Positions 8,701 through 12,492 of a stretch of DNA of 12,492 nt are shown here, piece after piece. Source of the DNA: Deinococcales bacterium. Its GTDB lineage: Bacteria > Deinococcota > Deinococci > Deinococcales > JAAFIG01. The stretch lies in NCBI GenBank assembly GCA_043778225.1, contig JAYWGM010000100.1, positions 1 through 12,492 on the forward strand, in the 5' to 3' direction. The translations under genes were made by a program, and so were the position numbers. Positions within the stretch are counted from its first letter, which is position 1, and each line of letters opens with the position of its first letter. Under the pieces are notes generated by a model. That model was not told where the DNA came from, made no database searches, and saw only the letters and a list, made by a program, of their open reading frames with translations.

Positions 8701-9645
8701 GGCTGCACCCGTGGCAATGCCACGCGCTGCGCCAGCTTGCCCAAGAGCTTGACCTGCTAAACCGGCGGCTTGCCCGGCAGTCTGTAAAGCTGTACCCGCC
8801 AACTGGGCGATACCTTGGAGCGCTTGGGCTTGGGCTTTGGCGGCAGCAATTGCGGCTTCTCGAGCTTGCTTAGAAAGTTTCTCGACTTCTTTGGGGTCTG
8901 GCTGGGCGGTCACGACCACACCTGCCAAGGAAGCCACACTTTGCGCCACGCTATCAAGTTTAACTGGCACATTTAAGCCGCCATCCTGAACGCTGCCGAC
9001 AGGAAACGATAAACTCGAGGCGCGAAGGGCTTGGTTAATCCCATTGGCATCGAGTTTGTACTTGCTCATTTTTTGTTCGTCCAATGTAACCCGAATTTGA
9101 GCTTTGGGCGCTCCAGTCACATCGACCCTCGAGACCCCAGCAATCCCCTCGAGTTTTGGCAGTACCCGAGTGTCCACCCGTTCTTTAAGTTGGGTGACTG
9201 GGATATTGCTCGAGAGTGCCAAGCGCATCACGGGAGCATCGCCAAAGCGAATTGCTGAAACATTGGTTTCTTGGACACCATCTGGGAAATTACCGCGCAC
9301 CCGATTGATGGCTTGTTGAATCTGCTGTTCTTTTTCACGTAAGTTGGCACTGAAGGCAAAACCCAGCACCACCACCGAAACATTGGGGCTGCTGGTACTG
9401 GAAATAGATTCAAGGTCGGCGATGCCTTGCAAGGCAGTTTCGATCGGGCGAGTGACTTGCGATTCCACAATTTCAGGACCCGCCAAAGGATACGGCGTAA
9501 TGACCGTAATGACTGGAAAACGAATTTCGGGCAGTAATTCTTGTTTGATGCTAAAACTGGTAAAAACCCCAGCTAAAACAATCAAAACTGTTACCAGTAC
9601 AAGCACACTGGCGTTTTTGAGCGAAAATTTAATCAGCGAATTCAT
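5776..9645 (-). CDS. RND-family efflux transporter (AcrB/SwrC-like) with a large low-complexity insertion
   Basis: ELLPEI.FPVITVIT.YP.A.PE.VE..VT.PIE, TM4 GRVIDDAIVVIENI, TT.AVFLP, TM10 GIVVTNAIVLID, R.RPI.MTALTT, PLA.TVIGGL..ST.LTLFVVP. SD AAGGAG lies upstream. Confidence 0.95.
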   Translation of the reverse strand: MNSLIKFSLKNASVLVLVTVLIVLAGVFTSFSIKQELLPEIRFPVITVITPYPLAGPEIVESQVTRPIETALQGIADLESISSTSSPNVSVVVLGFAFSANLREKEQQIQQAINRVRGNFPDGVQETNVSAIRFGDAPVMRLALSSNIPVTQLKERVDTRVLPKLEGIAGVSRVDVTGAPKAQIRVTLDEQKMSKYKLDANGINQALRASSLSFPVGSVQDGGLNVPVKLDSVAQSVASLAGVVVTAQPDPKEVEKLSKQAREAAIAAAKAQAQALQGIAQLAGTALQTAGQAAGLAGQALGQAGAARGIATGAAAAAGQAAGLAGQALGQASAARGIATGAATAAGKATAIAGQALATAKAADAKATAALKAAQSPDGGVGQAPVTSQPPAGFAGQAPTGQPPADFAGQTPTGQPPAGFAGQASAGFAGQAPTGQPPAGFQMPSGDAPSGFSSVATQPAFQLPSGGAPSGFSAPSGLSSGGAPSGFGGAPSGFGGTTTASGIKLVPVTLAEIAKIELTTEDPKSYTRLNGVTAVGLSIFKTQQGNTLTVANAVKKEIAELEKALDGKITVLSDQGEPIAKGVESLIKEGIAGGLFAVLVVFIFLRNLRSTMITAISIPLSILVGLLFLGIQGFTLNVLTLGGLAIAIGRVIDDAIVVIENIYHRLALGDAPLKASYEGAREVIVPITASTITTVAVFLPLAFVGGIAGEFFRPLALAVTYSILASLVVAFTVIPLFSSLFLKTAPKETDEDKFTRTYRAAITWATGHKAIVLITAVVLLIGTSALVSGIPTNFVGGGEAATAEVSLKFQDGTRLARINQSSVAVETKLEALRQSGQIKAYQTVIGSAGGNNGLGGGGGGTSSASFTILPGELNGKKINIRKELVPLLEKELAGIVPNTKLSVQAGAGGGGFSQNLEVQIQAANNKTLRLATEQVLAAVNKVPEVRNPSSNLDAVNPEFVVRVNQKLAYEKGIIPVAVGGTVRQALQGAQSINLSVNESSVEVLLSAPRGAYQTLEQLKNLKLRPISGGTSIRLSEVAEVTQEPAPSSVRRIDGERTAIVTAEPVGNNVGSSTSKLREAVAALTLPEGATWKIGGVSAAQAESFQALGVAILAAIALVYVIMVATFRSLLTPFLLLASIPLVVIGAFPLLFITQTPIDLAVFFGFLLLVGIVVTNAIVLIDLVDTLQQKGMDLRQAIIEGGSRRVRPIVMTALTTILALSPAALELFGPSSGIVGKPLALTVIGGLTASTMLTLFVVPALYLAVYGRRKSKGLEAQAAKQQQMLEVFGD
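8324..8502 (-). repeat. Intragenic 39-bp (13-aa) tandem repeats GQAPTGQPPAGFA
   Basis: Units at about 8324-8362, 8386-8424, 8425-8463 and 8464-8502, plus one truncated unit. Confidence 0.9.
8617..8778 (-). repeat. Intragenic 84-bp (28-aa) tandem duplication AGQAAGLAGQALGQAxAARGIATGAA
   Basis: GGCTGCACC.GTGGCAATGCC starts at 8617 and at 8701 (period 84). The copies differ mostly at synonymous positions. Confidence 0.9.
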
Positions 9646-9676
9646 AAGTCTCTCCTTGAAGCTATTGTGGCTCGGC

Positions 9677-10195
9677 TTATTCAGCGTTGCGTCTTTTGTC
9701 GGTGCTTTGACGGTACTCGAGCATTCGATTAAGCATCGTTTGGTACATTCGTTCTAAAAGCAGCAATTCGGTTTGGTCGAGGTCGTGCATCGCCATGTGG
9801 TACTGGTTCATCAGGTGTGTCCGGATTTGTGCCACGTAATCAAAACCAGTCTGGGTTAAACGCACCCGTACAATTCGTCGGTCATCGGGGTCAGAAAAAC
9901 GCTCGATGGTTTGGCGTTCGACCAGTCCATCTACCAAACCAGTCAGGCTCGAGGGTGGCATTGCCAGCACTTCGGTCAGTTCGCGCATGGTTTTGGCAGC
10001 CTCCGAAAGCTCCTCGAGAATCATCCAGTGTGACAAAGACAATTTATCGCGCCCTAACCCTTCGATAAACATCTGCCGTCCATGATGCGAAATCTGATGC
10101 AGCAAGGTCACAATGTTGCTCTCGAGCGCCCCTCGAGGCTCTGGTGGGTCAAGGATTGTTCGAGTTACGATTTTTTCGTAGTCTGAATCATTCAT
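9677..10195 (-). CDS. MarR-family transcriptional regulator
   Basis: LS..HW.IL..L...T..EL...L....SSLT.LVD.LV...IER..DPDDRR...V.LT..G winged helix. Start placed at MNDSDY (10195), 7 nt after a TACTAT box. Confidence 0.92.
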   Translation of the reverse strand: MNDSDYEKIVTRTILDPPEPRGALESNIVTLLHQISHHGRQMFIEGLGRDKLSLSHWMILEELSEAAKTMRELTEVLAMPPSSLTGLVDGLVERQTIERFSDPDDRRIVRVRLTQTGFDYVAQIRTHLMNQYHMAMHDLDQTELLLLERMYQTMLNRMLEYRQSTDKRRNAE

Positions 10196-10202
10196 ACCTA
10201 GA

Positions 10203-10231
10203 ATAGTACGAAACTCGAAATAAATAAACAA
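10203..10231 (-). promoter_or_regulatory. marR promoter (-35 TTGTTT, 17-nt spacer, -10 TACTAT) with overlapping imperfect palindrome
   Basis: TAGTACG-N5-CGAAATA at 10204-10222 (5/7 match) overlaps the -10. Confidence 0.55.
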
Positions 10232-10273
10232 GGGAATAAGTCACAATTTCATGCTAACTTCAAACACCCAAGG

Positions 10274-10279
10274 TAAACT
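10274..10279 (+). promoter_or_regulatory. -10 element TAAACT of a probable leaderless promoter
   Basis: Ends 6 nt before ATG 10286. Confidence 0.6.
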
Positions 10280-10285
10280 GCCCTA

Positions 10286-10630
10286 ATGCGGGGTTTAGGA
10301 TTTAGGTTATTCAAGTGGTGGTGCGCTTTTGTTGCTCGGTGCTTTGAATCTCGAGACCACTCCCAAATACCCATTGGCAAACTCAAAAACATCAACCCAT
10401 GGCTGACTCAAGAACTCGAGAAAATTGGCATCAAAACCCGCACCGACTTGATTGAACTTGGTGCGCTCGAGACCTATCATCGTTTACTCCAAGCTAAGTC
10501 TCGAGTGAGTCACAATGCCCTGTTGAGGCTGCACGGCGCAATCACCGACCAGCCAATCGAAGAAATTTCGGACAAAGAAGTTGCTTATTTGCTCGAGGAA
10601 GCCCAAGCGCTTACGCCATTACTTTCTTGA
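10286..10630 (+). CDS. TfoX C-terminal-domain (helix-hairpin-helix-like) protein
   Basis: I..LKNI.P.L...L..IGI.T..DL..LGA..TY.RL.......N.L..L.GAI resembles TfoX_C, with an extra basic/hydrophobic N-terminal segment. Confidence 0.8.
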   Translation: MRGLGFRLFKWWCAFVARCFESRDHSQIPIGKLKNINPWLTQELEKIGIKTRTDLIELGALETYHRLLQAKSRVSHNALLRLHGAITDQPIEEISDKEVAYLLEEAQALTPLLS

Positions 10631-11173
10631 GAGTAAATCAATGCTGCTGCCGTCTTCGTTGATCGTGCGGACTGTGCCAATGCTTGGTACAAAATATAAA
10701 TCGGTGGTTGTGCTGCTGCCGTCGGCTTGATAAAAAGTCGAACGAATAATAAAAGCATTAAAACGCCCAGCCTTGACCTTGACCCCAGCCGTGCCGATGA
10801 CTTGGGTTGCCATCGTGATTTTTGCGCCACCGACATCAGAAACACTCTGCCACTGCATCCCCACTTTTAAGGGTGCTTTTGGATAGAGTATGAGCGGCGG
10901 GCTAAACTTATTGATTTGCTGCCCGACTTTGTTGCCCAAAAACGTTACCCCACTGGCATTGGAGACAATATAGTCTTCGCCAGCTAATTGGTCTTTGATG
11001 GTGGTTTGTAGAACCAAAACTTTGGTGTTAAAAACTGTGTCCTCGCGGGAATACTCTTTAATTTCGCCACTCGAGTAAACCCAGCGCATTCCAACTCGGG
11101 TTGGATAATAATTATTTTGGGCTTGGCTCGAGACCAATAAAAAGCCCAGCAACACGATTAAAGCTCGTTTCAT
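10619..11173 (-). CDS. Secreted beta-strand-rich protein of unknown function
   Basis: Signal peptide MKRALIVLLGFLLVSSQA; YYP...G..WVY, PL.VG..W, V.V.AG.F.A and YFVP.IG.V motifs; ATGA overlap with the proC stop. Confidence 0.8.
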   Translation of the reverse strand: MKRALIVLLGFLLVSSQAQNNYYPTRVGMRWVYSSGEIKEYSREDTVFNTKVLVLQTTIKDQLAGEDYIVSNASGVTFLGNKVGQQINKFSPPLILYPKAPLKVGMQWQSVSDVGGAKITMATQVIGTAGVKVKAGRFNAFIIRSTFYQADGSSTTTDLYFVPSIGTVRTINEDGSSIDLLSRK

Positions 11174-11958
11174 TTGTCTGCTCCTAATGCTTCTCCGCGC
11201 TCGGTGGCTGCCCGAACCGCCTCGATAACGGCAGCCCGAAAAGTATAGCGCTCGATTTCGGCAATCCCAGCGATGGTCGTGCCGCCCGGACTGGCGACTT
11301 CATCTTTAAGGATACTTGGATGCACCCGCCGCAACAACAATTCGCCAGTCGTAATCAGTAGTTTACCAGCTAACTCGATGGCCAACTTTCGACTCAGCCC
11401 CATGCGAACCCCGCCGTCTGCCAGTGCCTCAGCAAAAATCGCGGCATAGGCTGGACCTGAACCAACCATGCCCGTAAAGGTATTAAACAGTGTCTCGGGT
11501 AAATCGTAGACATCGCCAACCGCCGCAAATAAAGCCTGTGCAAACTCGAGGTCGCCGCTCTCGGCAGCTTCGGGCATACCAACCACGGCAGTCGCACTTT
11601 TATGGATGGTTGCGCCCAAATTTGGCATGGCACGCACCACCCGTCTCGAGCCGATGCGCTTGGACAACGAATTGAGGTTCACACCTGCCATGATGCTGAT
11701 GTACCCCGCGTTGGGGTGAGCAATCCACTCGGCAACTTCGGGGAAAACCTTGGGCTGGACGCAAATTAAAACCCGTTCGGCACTGCGAATATCGCTTCGA
11801 GCCAACAGTTTTACGCCGTGGCGTTCGGCAACTTCTGCTGCTTTACGGCTACTGCCACCGACCACCCCAACCTCCGAGACCTCGAGCAACCTCGAGCCAA
11901 TTACGCCCTCGAGAATTGCCTCGCCCATTTTGCCGACTCCGACCACGCCTAGTTTCAT
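11170..11958 (-). CDS. proC: Pyrroline-5-carboxylate reductase
   Basis: GVGKMG Rossmann motif, ISIMAGV, VRAMPN, GSGPAY, DGGV..GL, V.SPGGTT..G. Start at MKLG (11958), 7 nt after TATAAT. Confidence 0.96.
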   Translation of the reverse strand: MKLGVVGVGKMGEAILEGVIGSRLLEVSEVGVVGGSSRKAAEVAERHGVKLLARSDIRSAERVLICVQPKVFPEVAEWIAHPNAGYISIMAGVNLNSLSKRIGSRRVVRAMPNLGATIHKSATAVVGMPEAAESGDLEFAQALFAAVGDVYDLPETLFNTFTGMVGSGPAYAAIFAEALADGGVRMGLSRKLAIELAGKLLITTGELLLRRVHPSILKDEVASPGGTTIAGIAEIERYTFRAAVIEAVRAATERGEALGADK

Positions 11959-11965
11959 TGCGGGC

Positions 11966-11971
11966 ATTATA
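11966..11971 (-). promoter_or_regulatory. Consensus -10 TATAAT of a leaderless proC promoter
   Basis: Perfect TATAAT 7 nt upstream of ATG 11958. Confidence 0.72.
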
Positions 11972-12167
11972 GCCCCCAATCCGCCATTTTACGCATCACA
12001 ACCAGAAGGGTAGATGATAAATTTATGGGGTTGCTCTTTATTGAACGCCCTCCCTCGAGCAACCAAAAAACTTGCCAAATGTACGAGCGCCACCAAAAAA
12101 ACTTTACTCCGGCAAAATCCTCTCGTTCGAGTTTATGGTCTCGAGCTAAAAATCATGTTGCCAAAAA

Positions 12168-12398
12168 ATGTTCAAATGCCAAATTTGTGGTTCAAACACC
12201 ACCAGCCGCACCCCAGCCAAGCGCATCACCCTCGAGTCTCGAGTACACCAATTCCCAGAGCGCAAAAAAGTCCATTTCGTACCCGAGCATAAACGCAAGA
12301 AAAACGCTCCAGAATATGCCGACGACCCCGGTGGTACTGGAATGCAGATTGTACGAGAAGCACTGGTTTGCCCGCAGTGTGCGGCGGCTCGAGGCTAA
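12168..12398 (+). CDS. Small Cys4 zinc-ribbon protein (CxxC...CPxC), hypothetical
   Basis: 76 aa, MFKCQICG at the N-terminus and DPGGTG.QIVRE..VCPQC at the C-terminus; basic. Confidence 0.72.
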   Translation: MFKCQICGSNTTSRTPAKRITLESRVHQFPERKKVHFVPEHKRKKNAPEYADDPGGTGMQIVREALVCPQCAAARG

Positions 12399-12492
12399 GA
12401 GCGTGTTTATAAAGTGGGTAAAGTCGGTCAGAATTAAGCTGTGAAACAAAAAACCTATACCAGTAGCCTTACCCGTGAACAGTTTAAGCGTC

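Larger units (their letters stand above)
174..12393. repeat. Dispersed highly iterated palindrome CTCGAG (~83 copies)
   Basis: Manual count. Examples: 174, 240, 283, 450, 599, 628, 883, 1008, 1068, 1101, 1801, 1839, 1860, 10121, 10132, 11881, 11891, 11908, 12231, 12238, 12388. Confidence 0.95.

Noticed and set aside
8140..8790. Tandem repeats as a possible CRISPR array or mobile element
   Set aside because: The periods are multiples of 3, there are no unique spacers, and the repeats are in-frame within the RND gene with synonymous divergence.
11959..11979. Longer proC start (MGAIMPAM)
   Set aside because: A perfect TATAAT lies within this extension, and ProC homologues begin just before the GxGxMG motif.
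347..12013. Numerous antisense and alternate-frame ORFs in the track (e.g. 514-975, 1519-1908, 4134-4541, 7799-8263, 8017-8577, 9344-9757)
   Set aside because: They lie opposite or within well-supported genes and have no recognisable motifs or start signals.
12029..12070. GGTTGCTC/GAGCAACC inverted repeat followed by an A-run
   Set aside because: It has a 20-nt loop and no U-tract 3' of the stem on either strand. One arm overlaps a CTCGAG site, so it may be chance.
174..12393. CTCGAG abundance as a cloning or assembly artefact (XhoI concatemers)
   Set aside because: The sites sit within intact conserved reading frames in all three phases without disrupting proteins.

Overview
This ~50% GC bacterial chromosomal segment is most consistent with Deinococcota (inferred from the Cys-less FmdB variant and the many leaderless starts with a TAnnnT -10 box 6-8 nt upstream). 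It holds about 13 genes, mostly on the minus strand: a HOGA-like DapA-family aldolase, an MLE-subgroup enolase-superfamily enzyme, a P-loop NTPase, an FmdB-type protein, a small membrane protein, a hypothetical protein coupled to a CHASE4-HAMP-HD-GYP phosphodiesterase, a MarR regulator plus a stand-alone RND transporter with a ~250-aa repeat insertion, a TfoX_C-domain protein, a secreted protein, proC and a small Cys4 zinc-ribbon protein. The strongest signal is in the DNA itself. The palindrome CTCGAG occurs about 83 times by manual count (about 3 expected), in all three codon phases of unrelated genes, while GGCC (1 found) and GATC (about 5 found) are strongly depleted. This looks like a HIP1-like highly iterated palindrome outside cyanobacteria. 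Several intergenic regions also carry long or nested hairpins.
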